Below are positions 23,181 to 37,640 of a stretch of DNA of 64,000 nucleotides, piece by piece. The position numbers and the translations under genes were made by a program. A model generated the notes under the pieces. It was not told the DNA's origin. It made no database searches and saw nothing but the letters and a program-made list of their open reading frames with translations. Origin of the DNA: Lama guanicoe (lineage: Eukaryota). Within the stretch, counting starts at the first letter, position 1, and the number at the start of each line of letters is the position of its first letter. The stretch covers positions 11,049,175 through 11,113,174 of the forward strand of contig MU056000.1 of NCBI GenBank assembly GCA_013239625.1. The letters run 5' to 3'.

Positions 23181-26100
23181 CAAAGATAATTTTATTTTGG
23201 AGACTATGATTAACTCTTTAAAATTTATTACTAGTATTTAATTTCTTGTTCAGAATAAAACTTACACTACAGAATGAAAGCAGACCTGTTTCCTCAAGAC
23301 TGATTAATAAATATCTGTATTTATTTAGATATTACTTTTTTCCTTCAAAATGCATTAGTCAGTATAGAGATTTTCAAAATTGTTTATAGTTAAGGGTCCT
23401 TTAAATTCCTCCTAACAGTAACGTCTTATGAATTAATTAGTAGAACAGCTGTGTGAGCTGATCCAAATTCTTCTCAAGAGCTGCAAGATGTAAATACTCT
23501 GGGGGAAAGTATTAGGGAAACAAAAAGAATTAAGAGGAGAGAAGTGCTACTGGTCTTTTCTGATCAAGAAACCAAACATTCTGGATTTTTAGCCTGACTG
23601 ATAGGAAACAAGCCAGGGGTCCAAGAACAACCAGAGTCCCAAGAACTTTGGTTTCAAAACTTGCGAAGACTTAACAGTTTTTTAACTTTTGTGGGAAAAA
23701 TGGCAATGCATCTGACAGAAATCCTGCTGCTGACCTTCAAATGGGAAAAGGTACCGGTAGCTCCATAAACATTTTCCGTGATGGCTTAAGTACATTAAAA
23801 CTGTTTCCCATTTCCCATCCCCGGCAGTAGGGGCTGGGCTCAGCCTTAGGTTGGTTATAATTTGCTAGTGGATGCCAAGTTTCCATCTTGGGGGTGTTCT
23901 TCCCTGAATTTCTGATTAACTGAATGAGTGAGATCTTTGGTGCCCCGCCTTGTCGGTGACATTTGAGAGATGTCTGTTTCACTGTTTCACTTAGTTGCTG
24001 CTTAGTTGGAACAAATGACAGTTAAGGGCAGTGCTGAGGAGGGGGATGAGGATGGCACTTGGAGAATGAGTGCACTTGACAGCACTGAGAAACCCTGCAG
24101 AGCAGAATCCTCTTTAACCCCATGTTTACTCAAGAATATTTCACCACAGAGACCTCTTCTCTTCACTCAGACACCCCGTAACATCCCATGGGATTCACCT
24201 AGGGAAGAGCTTGAATACCATTTGTTGAGATAAGAAAGTAAATTCTCGTGACTGATCAAGCGGTCACTTTAAAGTTATTGCCAGAACCTGAGTCAGTGGG
24301 TTCAGAAAGGAAATATTTTTCATTCTAGAAGCCAGCAGCCAAGTACGTTCTGAGGTGTCAAGAAAGTCATTTTAGAGAGAACACAGGACGGCTTGGGGCC
24401 AGTGAGGGGAAAAGCCCAAGCAAGGCAGATCCTCTTTGTTCAGCAGGGGAATCAATAGTCATGTTGGGGTCAGAAACCACTTTTAATATATTTTATCCTT
24501 TGATAATGAGAAATTATTTAGAAAGTTTCAGGCTAACTGCGTACCAAGCAGAGACAGTGCTGGGGAGTGTTTGCTAAGCTGTTTGTCCAAGAAACCTTTA
24601 TTCACGGAACACATTACTGGATGGTGGCCTGGCGAACACCCTTTAGAAAATGTGATTCTGTTCATTCTATTATCTCTCTTCTCCTCCAACCAAGCAGGAT
24701 TCATATTCCTCCTAGTGTGCCCTGGATCCCCTGCTCTGGTCTAGCTACCTTCAAGTTGTTCTTTAGCCAATTCTCATGGAGCCACAGGTTGGCTCTAATT
24801 CTAATCCTTCTGCAGGGACAGGTTTCATTTCTCATCTATGATTGAAAGCCAGCGCCAAAGTACAGCGTGTGTTGGTGGCCAAGTCACCATCTTGACTTTC
24901 ACCTCTAAGTCTGTCTCCTGCCCTCTTGAACTGTAGTTGTGTCTCTTGCTCACGATAACAACAAAGTTGTTCTACCATGATTCCTCTTCACCACTTCCAT
25001 TTTTTCTCCCTTTTTGTGCTGATAGCTTCTTTGCTGGTTCCAAAGATGACTTTACTCCCTAAGAATAATAGAAATGACTCCAAGTTTATTCTTTGTTGGC
25101 CTGTGGTCACTTGTCAGGTGAAAATCAAAGCCAGTATGAGATTAGGTCTTCCCAGGAGGAGGCTACGATGTTGATATTGTACATTGTGTCCACCAGCCTC
25201 TATGGTATCCAGGGAAACAAATACTCATATCTTAGGAGGACAGAACTAATGTAGTCTTTCTTCTTCCTCCCAAAGTCAATTGCTTTAGTGTACCTAGTAT
25301 AACTAAGATGTCTGTTTTCTCTTTCATCAATTTTCTTTCTTTTCCTATTCATTAAGCAACAAACTCTAATATATTTACTCAGTTTGCACCAATTTATTCA
25401 TTTATCATATGCTGATATAATGCACCAAACGTTAAAAGAACCACGGCCTTTGACCTTAAGAATCTCAGAGTCCAGAAGAAATAGATGTAAACAATCAACA
25501 AAAATGATGAGTAGTAATATATAGAAAACAGAGTGGGAATAGAGAAATAAGTGACTGGGTAGGAGCTGCTTGGAAGGAAGTTGCTGACACCCTCAACATG
25601 AAGAAATTATCAGAACTGTTCCTTGAAAGATAAATAGAAATTCTTCAAGTAAAGAAAGGAATGTGGGTTTGTACGTATTTATGGGGGTAGAAGTGAGGCC
25701 AGGGGGAAAGAGAAAGAGAGAGAAATTGTTCTTTGGTTGTGATCCATACAGCTTCTAATCTAAACAGTATTCATAGAGAAAAATGGACCCCATTGAAGCA
25801 AATCTTCCCTCATATCCTAATTCGTCTCTACCCCCAAATCCCTCTGAAGTGCCTTATCCTTGTTCTTTATATTATGAGCTCGTGAGAAAAGATAGGAGAA
25901 AAATAATGAAAAATCCCTTTACATAATAGAAAATAGTGTTTTGATAAAACCAGAAGTTTCCATATCCCAAAGAAAATGCATGGAGTATCTGTTTTTAACA
26001 AGCTGGTTCGTTCATCAGAATTACTGTGTTGTTATTTTATAGTTTAGCTAAATTGAACAGCCAATGCTACACTGGAGCCAGGCTAAACTGTAACACTTAG

Positions 26101-27139
26101 TGGAGCACTAACATTTTGTTTGGAGAATGCAAATGTTTAGTATGTCGTGTATTAGAGATAGCAACAAATGTTGGTGGGATGGGTGGGAACCGGACTGATG
26201 TGAAAACGGAAATGTGTTTGTAGTTTAGAAACAGTGGCTTTACTCAGTTTTCATGACTTGTGAATACTGAAAGGTATTAAGAGATATTCAATCTAACTTG
26301 CCTTGTATACATTATCAGAAATTCTTAACTGGAGAGTTCATGTGGGCAAACTGCCAAAGCTTAGGAGCTTCTGCAGAGAGGCCAAATACAATTATAATTA
26401 AACTAGGGGGTTCAGTAAGTGGCTTTGTGAATTATCACATATATGCTTAATAACTGATTCAGTAATTGACGCAGACAATCCCAGGGTGCACAAGTCACTG
26501 GGCAGAACAATTAAGCCAAATGCCTGGGAATAAATATGTGGAGGACTAGAAGATGAAGGCAGTGATTTCCAGCTCTTTGGAACCCCAAACAATTTATAGT
26601 GTAAGGGGATCCTGAGAAATTTCTTACCCCTTTTAAACTCATAGATGTGATATAGACCCATGAGGCATTCTCCCCCTGGGGTTTGCAAGTCTTTGGGAAG
26701 ATGTGATAGGTCAGCTCATTAGAAAAGCACCCTACAATTTGGTTGTCTGTCCCAGAGAATGCAGATCTTTCTCCCCCCAAGTAAAACTACAGTGATCCCA
26801 GAGTAAAAAGCAAAGCAGTAACTTTGGCAGCAGAACTTCAAGACAAAATCAGGAAAATAGTTGGATAGAATTAGACAGTCCTCCTCCCCAACCACAGAGG
26901 CTAACAATAATCACTGGTAAAAGCTGGAAAAGTTAGAAAATGAACAAAGGAAGCGAGTGGCTCCAGACAAGAGAAGGACAAAGTCATAGAAGATGCAGTG
27001 TCAGGGGAAGTCAGCAGGACCCTGGGTCTGGGGGACTAAGCAAGGCAGCATCTGAGAGTTTGGTGAGCAAAAGTTAAGAATCGAAGTTGATAGTCTGGGA
27101 GCAAAGCAGGTTACAAGTCCATATTAGATATCAGATGAA

Positions 27140-28190
27140 GTGGGTAAATACATGGGTGGCGATTATGAGAACTTTGGCTGTTATTCTAAGTGAGACGGAA
27201 GACAGAGGAAAGCTTAGAACAGTGGCGAGACATGGCTTCATTTGTTTAAAGAGGATCATTCTGGCTGACTTTCTCACAGACTATATGCTGAAAAAATATA
27301 TTGAAAGGGGAAGCAGAGAGTCCAGTAAGGAGGGTATGGTAGTATTTCTGGTGCAAGGTGGTAATGTCTTGGACTGCAGAGCAGAGGTAGAGGTAAGGAT
27401 GAGAGGCTGCAGTCTAAACATGTTTCGAAAGTAGAGCTACCATAATATCCTGACAGGTTGTGAGAAAAAGAGAGGAGCTAGGGATGACACCAAGAATTTT
27501 CTCCCGAACAAATATGAAAATGCAACTGCCATTTACTGAGAATACAACAGAAGAAACAAGTTTGGTTTTGGTTGTGTTGGGTTTGCAATATTTATTAGAC
27601 TTCCAAGTGGGAATACCAGGGAGACAATTAGATATACTGACCTAAAATTCAAGGAAGAGAACTGGGCTAGAGATATAAATAGAGAAATAATTTTGTGGAT
27701 GGTATTTAAAGCCATGACACTGGATAAGGACACAAAGAGAATGAGTGTAGATTAAGAAAAGAGATAAGGACTGATTGGAATAATTACTCTGAAGTTCAGA
27801 GGCTGGGAGATGAGTAGGAACACATGAAGGTGATGGAGAAGGGGCAGCCATTGAGGTAGTTGGAAAAAGAGAGAAGTGTAGGTTCTGGATGCCAAGAGAA
27901 GAGCAAGCTTCAGGAAAGGCAGATCAACTGAGCTAAATGGAGTTGACAAATCGAGCAAGAGAAGAAACTGAGACTAAGCATTGGTGAGCAATGAGGACAC
28001 TGACAAGAACAGCTTGGTGGAGTGGTGGAGGGAAGAGCCTGGCTGGGAGGGGTCAAGACAGAGTGAAAGGGAGAAAAGGTAAAACAGCAATGCATGAAAC
28101 TCCTTTAAGGATAGGGTTCTGCGGTCAAGGGATGGACGGAAAATTATGCAGCTTGTTTAAAAGGTCGTGGGATGATCAAGTCAAGTAGGA
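27140..28190 (-). mobile_element. L2 LINE fragment
   Basis: Purine-rich; TTTAAAGAGGATCATTCTGGCTG, GCCATTTACTGAG, CTGGGCTAGAGATATAAAT, GGTATTTAAAGCCATG, GATGCCAAGAGAAGAG. Confidence 0.75.
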
Positions 28191-28198
28191 GAAGATGA

Positions 28199-28580
28199 TG
28201 TCTTAATTTAGGATTCTCCAGAAACAGACCCTGAAATAAAAATTTGAGGGCAAGTAACTTATTTGTTAAGTGTAGGAAACGCCAGAGAGAGGTGTGGTAG
28301 GAAAAGGGAGAGATGCATTATCAAGCCAGCTATCACTGTGTGTGCCTGGTATTTAACCCCCTGGGCAAATGCTGGGAAACCCAAGCTTCAGAAGCATCCC
28401 ACCGAAGGACATGGGAGTAGGGGTATTGATACACTGTTTCTCATCTGTTGTTGGTTGAAGGCTGCCAGGGAAGGGGGTGGGGAAGTGTTAATACCCAAGT
28501 ACTTCCAGCTGGCCAACCTGAGGGCAAAATGACCTTTCCATTTTGGGGGAAAGACCTCACTTTCTATATGCTGAAGCCTT
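28199..28580 (-). mobile_element. ERVL LTR33-like LTR
   Basis: TGTCTTAATTTAGGATTCTCCAGAAACAGACCCTGA..TTTGAGGGCAAGT..ATCAAGCCAGCTATCACTGTG..TTGGTTGAAGGCTGC. Confidence 0.6.
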
Positions 28581-28619
28581 CCAAATAAGTATATCCAGTG
28601 ATGCTCTCCCCACATACTT

Positions 28620-29110
28620 AACTCATCAATTTAACTGCTGCCTAAAGGCTCATTTGTGCATCTAATTGTTCTTTTAAGTTTAGTACATCCAAAACAAATC
28701 CCCCTTCAGATAATCAGTCCTAAAGCACTTCTCCATCCTCCCCAACCACCCTCCACTTTCCTGCTCAAGCAAAGACCGAGATGCCATCTTTTAACTTCCT
28801 CTTTTCTCATAAAATATACAATCAGGTGAGTTTTATTGGCTCTACCTCCAAAATATATCTTGAATCTAACAATTTTTTACCTTCTCCACTATTGTGCTGA
28901 TGAAAGTCAGATTTCTCTCACCTATCCTAGGGCAGAGGACTTTTAACACGTCTCTGGACTTCTAAGAGCTGTCAGTTTTTCACAATAAGGCCTGCTGATG
29001 TGAAAAATATCAGTCAAGTCAAATTAGTTTCTTACTTAAAACCCCCCTGTTTTGCATTATAGTTAGAATAAAGTTCAAAATGATTATCATGCTCAAAAAG
29101 CCCTATATAA
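28620..29110 (+). mobile_element. L2 LINE fragment
   Basis: CATCCAAAAC, CTCAAGCAAA, CTCTACCTCCAAAATATATCTTGAATCT, TTAGAATAAAG. Confidence 0.6.
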
Positions 29111-29539
29111 GTTTTTTTCTTTTTCAAGAAAGTCACACTGAATTCCGGGAAAGTTTTATATTATCCATAGTTAAGAGAGAAAATGTGCTGCAATATTCCT
29201 TGGCTACTGTGCAGCTTTTCTACATGACATAAGATTTTGGCTTTTAATACAGACTAAGTCTTGATAAAGACATTGACAATACAATTTCTTCATGTTGAAT
29301 GAATGTGTATTATTCATACATGCAATAGTGTATTTAAATGTGATGGAAACTGAATAGAGTGGCATTTTCAGGGGCTAGTAGTGTTGGGAAATTTTGCTTT
29401 TTGTTCATTTATTTTCTACATCATTTAAAATTTCCCATTTAAGCATCAGTGTATTTTAATAGTTTTTTTAACTATTATGGATGGAAATATTACATTTACC
29501 TATTTTTTTTCTTCCTTCTTAAATGAACAAATTGTGTTA

Positions 29540-30430
29540 TCTCCTAGGTGTGCAGTTGGCTTTAAGTAACAGTTTTTATCCTTCCATTAAAGGTAGGCAG
29601 TTACTGCTGTTGCCCCAGGGGTTCTGTGTATGTAGGACTCCTGGTCACTGTCGTTACAATTCTCTTGGCATTTCTCTGAAGTTCACAAGATGGTTACCAC
29701 CGTTTCTAGTAACAGTGGAGTTGAAAGTGGGAAGAGAGAGAAGAAATAGTGGCAGAGCTATCGCTGAATTTTATTCACTAGCAAAATTTATTCCAGGTGC
29801 TCCTAGTGAATTTTGCTTACATTTCTTCGGCCAAGACAAGGCCATATGGCCATTCTTAACTACCGGGGGTTCTGGAAAAACAAGTATTTAACTTTTGACC
29901 TAAAGAGAAGAGGAAGGCGATGGAGAAGGAGAGGGGGATGTGGGTTATGTGAGCCAGCCAAAGTGCATGACGTGTAGCGGTTATGTGCATAAAGCGTTAT
30001 CTTCAGGGGCTACTAAAGAATGCTGTTACATGCACGTTCACCAATATCACTGCTCCCCTTCCCACAGCGTGGGTGTGGCTAGGGACAGTAGGTTGGCCAG
30101 GGGTTACATTTTCCAGACTCCTTCGTACGCAGATGAGGCCATTGAACTTGTTCTCTCATCAGTGGGATGTCAGCAGATGTGATGGGGTATGACTCTCCAC
30201 TTATCCTTTGTGCCTTCCGCCAGCTGCATGTGGACGATGTTGTGATTGGCAGAGTTATAAGATAGAAGCCTTGATCCCTGAGTCACCATGTGGAGAATAA
30301 TCTCCAGTGGACTACTTACATGGGCTTAGATTATTTTATAAGTGATAAATAAATTTCTCTTGTATGAAGGCAAATCACTAAACTTTGGAGGTTTATTTAT
30401 TACAGGTGCTAAAATTATCTTACCTAAGAC
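29540..30430. mobile_element. Two old MaLR (MLT1-type) LTR fragments in opposite orientations
   Basis: ~29540-29970 antisense-type (TTGGCTTTAAGTAACAG, CAAGATGG, GGCCAAGAC..ATATGGCCA). ~30040-30430 sense-type (ATAAGATAGAAGCCTTGATCCCTGAGTCACCATGTGGAG..ATAAATTTCT). Confidence 0.55.
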
Positions 30431-32574
30431 AATAACCCATGCTTATATCACCCTAGATTTCTTGTTTCTATTTTTTCTTTATTCAGTTTTCCCATTTTCC
30501 CTTTATTTTTCTCATTACCTTACTTTTAAGTAGCTGTAACTTTTTTTTTTTTGTAGTTTGTGAAATATGTTGAGCAATACTCCTTCTAATGCCTTGCTTC
30601 TAGTTTTCTGTGTTCTAAGAAACCAGATAAATATGTTAGGACTCTGAATGAATGCTATACGTCTCTGAGCTAATAAGCACAGGAACTTTGTGATGCTGGT
30701 TTAGGGTATTATGGGGTCTCAGGTGACTTGCCTCCTGGTATAGGACAGGTGCCTGATGAAGGACAAAGAGATAGGGAATTGCATGTTAAGTGTACAATCA
30801 AGGGTAAGGTACAATGGTTGGGCACAGTAAGTGATATTGTAATATTTTGAATTAAAGCAAATGGCTACTTTGTTTCCCAGATCTGCGACGGGAATTTTTG
30901 TGAGCAGATGGAGTTTCAAGGGTCCTATATAAAGTGTTTATTCTATTAAGCTATTTATTTTATACTTCTTAAAAATGTCTAAATTATTTATCTAAACTAT
31001 CTAGCCATCAATCATGGCTATGTTGAAGATTCATGGTGCATAATGAATAATGAATACTTTTTTTGAAATATAATTAAATTTCACAGATTTCAAAAGATGT
31101 TTCACTCTTTTGAAGTGAAATGCATAGTAATCTCCACTAAAAGCCAGGCTTGGTCCAAAATGAGGCTGGCATGTGATGGCATGATATTGGTGGCAGAAAG
31201 CAGTGAGAAATACCATAGGCTTTGCAAATATCTCTTGGTTCCAGTCTTGCTGTGCATCATTTTAAGATTTATTCAACTTTTCTGAGCCTCAGTATACCCA
31301 TCAATAAAGCTGAGTCTAGAAGCACTGCCTAAGTGATGAACACTAGGTAAGACATGCAAAACACTTAATTCAAAACAGTACAGTGTCAATAATGAAATAA
31401 AATTAATGTGTGCTCTTTTTTTCTTCTCTAATTTCACAAATTAGGTAATAATATATTAAATGTTCTGGGGCGGGGATGATAATCATTTTTCTGTCTGATA
31501 CAAATATTTGGTTTTTTAACATATTAACTACAAAACAGTATTTCCTGTTTTAGATAACACACACATTGTAATGCAAGTCTACTCTTGAACTGACTTGTCA
31601 TCTTCTACCATAATTGCTGTAACAGAATATGCAAATCTAACTATATCCTGAACTACAAAAATAACTAATGATGAGCAGGTGATTCAGATTTTGGAAGGCA
31701 ACCCCGTATGTCCAAGGGGGAAAAAAGTCAACATAAATGTGAATAAACTATGGTTTGGTTCACTTTTTTCCTTTTAAAAACTGATACTTATTATGAACAT
31801 TTTTAGTATTTTTTTTTTAAATCAGCTTTGAATGTTCTCCAAAATGAGTTTCATGGGAGAGTTCATTGTGTCTACAGTATTTCCCAGGGAAACCTATGGC
31901 AATGGTGTGCTCCTCTGTACACCTGGCAACCAACGGTCCAGCTGAAGTAAAGAGCTGCACTGACTGGTTCCTTGCACTCTGGCCCCAAGGGGCTCTGGAA
32001 GCCTGTCTATTCCCAGTGCCAAATACAGAAAATTAACCTGAACCTCGGAGGCTCTGCCCCTAGAGAAAATAGGCTCCTAAGGTGTTGTAAATCAAACTGG
32101 TGTTTGAATCTAATATTCTAAAAATTTACTACTAGAGAAGAATATGTTCCCATTACTCAGAGTGTGGATATATTTATTAAAGTAGCTGAAAGTTAGTTGA
32201 GTTATTGAGTCATTGAGTTAGCCACTGAAAAACAGAAACAAAAATGTGAATATCAATTCAAACTTAGATTTTTCTACTTTCATGTTTTCCTGTTTGCATC
32301 AGGTTCACACAGGAGAAAATAAGTAGACATTTAATTTAGCAATAGGACAATTCCTTTCATCAGTGGAGCCTTTAATTCTAATACCCCCAAATTCAAGGTT
32401 AGGCTGCTGTGCCTAAATCAGTGCTGAGTAGACACAGATGTAAATCTGATAAACACTAAGGAATCAGTGATCATTAAGACTTTTGCTTTCCCATGGGACT
32501 CTATATGTGTAAGAAGAGGAACTGGAAGGTGTTGTAAATGACAATATGGAAAGAATATGTAGAAATAGGTCTTG

Positions 32575-34200
32575 TGGTGGGAAGAGAGCTTCTTTTTTCA
32601 AGTTACACTTGTAATTTTGAGATAGTTGTAGTTTTACATGCATTTGTAAGAAATAATACAGAGGTATCCCATTTACCACCCAACCTAGCTTCCTCCAATG
32701 ATAAAATCTTGTGAACTGTAGTACAATATCCCAGCCAAGATAATGATATGGCTACAGTCAAGCTACAGAACATTTCTATCACCATGACAATCTCTCTTGT
32801 TGTCCTTTTATAACCACATGCACTTCCATTCAGAACCCACCTTAACCTGTTCAGCCATGAACCTGATCACCATCTTTATAAATTTATCATTTCAAGGATT
32901 TGGGAAGTTTTCAGCCTGCCTTTCTTTCTTTCCTTCCTTCCTTCCTTTTTCTTTCTTTCTTTTTGTAATTGAATGAAAGATTTTAAAAATTCAACAGTGT
33001 TTTATAATTTTCAGAAGTTTCATACATATGATTTCATATAATCCCATAATAATCCTTTTTTAAAAAAAATCCCCTGTCCCTGTACTTCCCCTCCCTGCTT
33101 CCCTCTCCCTGCTGGTAACCACTAGTTTTTTCTCTAGATCCGTGAGTCAGTTTCTTTTTTGTTTTATTCACTAGATTGTTGTATTTTTTAGATTCCACAT
33201 ATAAGTGATATCATACAGTATTTGTCTTTCTCTGTCTGAATTATTTCACTTAGCATAATGCCCTTCAAGTCCACCTATGTTGCTGCAAATGGCAAATTTT
33301 CATTATTTTTCACAGCTGAGTAATATTCCATTGTATATATATATACTACATCTTTTTTATCCATTCATCTGTTGATAGACACTTAGGTTGTGTCCATACC
33401 TTTAGCCATTATGTCTTCAAGTACTTCAGTTTTTCCTTCTTTCCCCTCTCCATGGGAGAGTCTGAAGACACAAATGTTAAATCTTTGATTATATTCCCAA
33501 CAATCCTTAAGGCTCTGTCATTTTTTTCAGTCCATTGTCTCCTTATTCAGATTGGGTAATGTCTAGTGTTCTGTCTAACAATTCACTGATTCTCTCCTCT
33601 GCCTCTTCCATCCAGCTGTTCAGCCCATCCACTGAGCTTTTCTATTTCAGTTACTGTATTTTTCAGTTCTGAATTTCTCACTTGGTTCTTCTTCATATCT
33701 TCTCCTTCTTTGCTGAGGCTTTCTGTTTTTTCACTTATTATAAGCATTTTTGTAATTGCTCATTGAAGTACTTTTTCCCATGGCTTTAAAATTATTGTCA
33801 GATAATTCTAATATCTCTGTCATCTTGGTGTTGACATCTGTTTTTTCATTCCATTTGAAACCTTCCTGCTTCTTGGTATGTTGAAGGATTTTCCATTGAA
33901 ACCTGGACATTTTCAGATAATATTATGAGCCTGAGTCTGACTTAAACCTTCTGTCGCAACTATGCCACCTTGTACCCGTCAGGTGGAAGTGGAAGTTCAG
34001 GTCCCATTCAACTGCTATTGACACTGAAGGTAAGGGGGCTCCTTCTTACTGCTGGTGGGGAGAGAGTCCTGGTTCCCCATCTGGACCACCCCATGTGGTC
34101 CCCCACTGACACTGTGGTGGGCTTGGCCCTGTGACTCCTGGATGAAGGTAGAAGTTCTGACTCTCCCCTGATTTCACTTTAGGAGGGGGGAGAGGCACTT
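32575..34200 (-). mobile_element. Composite of L1 fragments: L1MC-type 3' end, an inserted L1 3' end (~32917-33400), and an old ORF1/5' UTR
   Basis: The old ORF1 motif TTTGGGAAGTTTTCAGCC|ATTAT is split by a T-rich-tailed L1 3' end (TAGATTCCACATATAAGTGATATCATACAG), with TT(C/T)AGCC on both sides. Confidence 0.75.
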
Positions 34201-36719
34201 GTTACTCCCACACTGCCAGGGACACCTGTGTGTCTGATTGGGTAAGCCTCATCATGGGTCCCCACCTAACCAGGAAGTCCACTACCACCACCACCACCAT
34301 AACTGACAAGCTCCCACAGGAAGCCCACAGTTGGAATATGAGTGAAAGTTTCCTGAAGGACAGAAACTGGTGCTCTCAGAGCAAAAAAGGAAAAGGTACT
34401 GGGTGCAGGGGAAAAACAGTGCCTGGTACATTATTATTAAGTTTTGGGATGACTTAGAATGCTTGCTTTTAAATATTTCCAGTGATTGTGGCCTCTTAAA
34501 AAAGGCAGAGGGAGAGAAAGTGGAACAACATTTAAATCATTTTCTCTCTTTGTTCAACGTTCATTCCTTCTCCAAGTTTTACTGAGTGACCACGTTGTGT
34601 TAGGAACTGTGCTAGCTATTGGGAACCTACTGGTGAAAACCTGCCATTCTTTTCACAAGACACTTACAGATCCATATTGAAAGTTGGGGGATTAGGTTTG
34701 GCAGCTGGGAGAAAAGACTGGAATGTTTTGTTAACATCATATATTTGTATAATATCTTACTTTTGAAATTCAAAACATATACACACCTGAGTACACCTGC
34801 ATTTTATACAGAAGTAGTGCTTTTCTTTCATTTTGCTTAACTACTTTTTTTTCTCTGAGATTTTACAGTGACTATGACAACATGTATTTATAATCAGAAG
34901 GATGTTAAAAACCATTTTTTCCTGTTTTGTTTTACTGGAATTTCTTAAACTGTATTGTCTCTATTCTGCTTTAGGGCAGGCAATAGAGCCTTGAAAATAT
35001 TTACAGGTTTTAATTTCAAAGGATATAAATGTAGTCACTACAACTTACTTTGCACTGTTAGCTTTGCTGTGTTATTAAAGATCCCGGAAGGTGACTGAAC
35101 CAAAAGGGAGGACAGTGACTCGAGGTGCATGATGGCCAGGTCAAGAGGGGCAGTGGAGTGGGGAGGAGAGGGCCTGAACCTGACTCCATCTGCCACTGAC
35201 CACGTGACTCGAGACACTGAAACTTTATGAGTTTCAGTTTCTTCTCCTGTCAGTTTCTCAATTTGTAGACCTCAAAAGAGGAACTGATGACCAGGGAGAT
35301 AACAGCCTAGAAAAAAGCAAGTTGTCCACTCAACAGCAAATATCAAGACGAGAGTTCATCATTCCATCACTTCACAGGGGGTTAATCTTCAACTGTGTCT
35401 CTAAAACGATCTGATCCACGATTAGAATCAGAGCCATTCCATCAGTGGTGATGGAAAATCACATGGCCCAGGTGAGCAGAAACCCATTTTGGATGAAGAT
35501 AATGTACACATCTGTTCATTTCTAGATTGGGTTTATATTTTCAGGTGGTGTCTCTGAAAACTCATTTAACTCTTCCATATTTTTGACATTCTACCCTTAT
35601 TTCCTATTTAGGGTCCATGACACAAGTTTTTAATTTAACTTGGCAGGCCTGGGAAACACATATCATTGGCCAGGCAGTGTGCTAGATTATATATATGAAA
35701 AGATGAATTGAAATACAGTTTTAATCTGTTTGGACTGGGACAGTTGATATGTTATTAGTAGAACACAAATCTATTTAATCCTGTCCTTGAAAATAGGTAA
35801 TTTATTATTTTTCTTTCAATACATGATCTCTCCAGAACAATAAATCTAACTTTTAAAATTTTGAAACATGATATTTTATCTCCAAGAAAATTGTACTAAA
35901 TTAAGAGAAACTGCCCAGATAGAATCTACAGAAGGTCAAGTCACTAAAAATTTTTGCATGTGGTCCCAAGCCTTTCAAGAAATAGATAATTATACAAATA
36001 CTGGATCTCCATTCCGGTAAGATATATGTGTGTGGAGATATATATAATGTTTTAATTTGAAACATATGACACCCAAAAGGGGAAACTGCTGTGTTCTTGC
36101 CTCCGTACAAAGTAATTTGCTCTGTGAATGCCCTGGTCTTTACTAAGATGCAATGTTATAAAATTCTAGGTATTTATATGGAAAGAGAATAAAACATTAA
36201 GAAGAAGAATTTCCTTTTTCCATTTAAAGGAGGGACCACCAAAGGGCCATTATAAGACTCTAGAAGTGTCACATAAATCTCCAAAAGAGGTTTGTAATGT
36301 ATTAAACAAAGGGTAACACCAACCACAAGGAAAAAAAAATCATAGAAACGGGGAGAAAATACACTTCCTGACTCGGAAGCTCTTAAAAGTTCTGAGCCAG
36401 GAAACCTCCCGCACCGGGGCGTGGAATGTCTTTGGCTCTGCAGTGACTCCCTGCTGCGTTCCCCTCAATTTTTCCCTCCCTCTCTCCTCCATTCCCAGCC
36501 GCAGTTCCCTAACGTGGGTGCCACAGGAGGATGCCAGCACACGTACCTGAAATTGTCCGGCAGAATCAGCCTCTGATGCAAGTTAATTTTAAATGTCCCC
36601 ACACTTAAAACAGGCCGTATTTGCAGGCCAACCCAAGGGATTCCAAACGACGCCTGGAAGCTCATCGTACTAATTAGGGGCTCAGCCTGTAAAAGAACAA
36701 TAGTAAAATAGAACCAAGG

Positions 36720-37640
36720 ACACGTTCTTCCGCTCAAAGCGGTTCGCTGGTGGCGCGCAGGGCCTGCGCCGAGGCTGGGTCTGGGAGCCGGAGCCCCGAA
36801 AAGGCGCGCTGCCCCTTTAAAAGGCCGCGCATCTCCGGGCCGGCCTTCCTCCCCGGGGCTCCAGCTGTGATTGACGCTGGGCGGCGAGAGGAGGCGCCTG
36901 GCGCTAACAAAAGTCCGGCCCGTGGGCGAGCGGCGCCGGGCCGCGAGTCTCTGCTGGCTCTGGGCACCCGCAACAAGTGGCCGCCGCGCCCTCCCCGGGG
37001 AAGCCGCGGGTGCGCAGGGGCGCCCGGAGGAGGCAGCGGAGCCCGGGAGCCTCGGCCGCCCGCGCGGCTCAGCGCCCACCTCCGGGGGATCGGGGCGGGC
37101 GGATGGGGACCCGGCGGCGGCGGCGCGGCGAGCCTCTGGGCGGCCCCGGGGCGCGGGCTCTCCGCGGCGCTGCGCCCGCTGGCCCCGAAGGCGGATTCTA
37201 AGGGCGGCGGCCGCTCTCGGCCCCACCCGGCGCCATCGGGGGTGCCCGGAGGGGACGGAGCGCCCCCACCCACCCGAGTGCAGGGGCCGCCCCCGGTCGG
37301 AGATCGGTCCCGGAGCGTGGGGTATGCGCAGCTAACGGTCCCGTCGGGCGGGCTTTCCTCTGGCGGAGCGCACAGGCGGTGCGCCCCAGCTATGGAGTGT
37401 CCCGGGAGACGGCGGGCATGACGGCGGCAGGATGGGCGCGAACAATGGCAAACAGTACGGCAGTGAGGGTGAGTGGGCCGCCCGTCCTCACGCTCCCGAG
37501 TCGCGTCCCCCTCCCTTCCCCTCGCCCTCCCGTCTGGGAAGGAAGGTTCTCGCACGCTGCCGAGGCGCACCCCTGTTTGGGCCGTCACCTTCCCCTTTGG
37601 CACTGCCCGCTCCGGCGCCCCGAGGATGCTGTCCCACCGC
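36720..37640 (+). promoter_or_regulatory. CpG island: promoter and GC-rich 5' UTR of FBXL7
   Basis: Very GC- and CpG-dense stretch against an AT-rich background, ending just past the FBXL7 donor. TATA-like TTTAAAA at 36816-36822; ETS-like CTTCCTG/CGGAAG/CAGGAA motifs upstream at ~36365-36405. The exact TSS cannot be read from sequence. Confidence 0.85.
37432..37468 (+). CDS. FBXL7: FBXL7 (F-box/LRR-repeat protein 7) first coding exon, 37 coding nt, phase-1 donor
   Basis: ATGGGCGCGAACAATGGCAAACAGTACGGCAGTGAGG encodes MGANNGKQYGSE(G), which I recognise as the mammalian FBXL7 N-terminus. Strong Kozak (A at -3, G at +4), followed by a canonical donor G|GTGAGT at 37469-37474, inside a CpG island. 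Confidence 0.93.
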
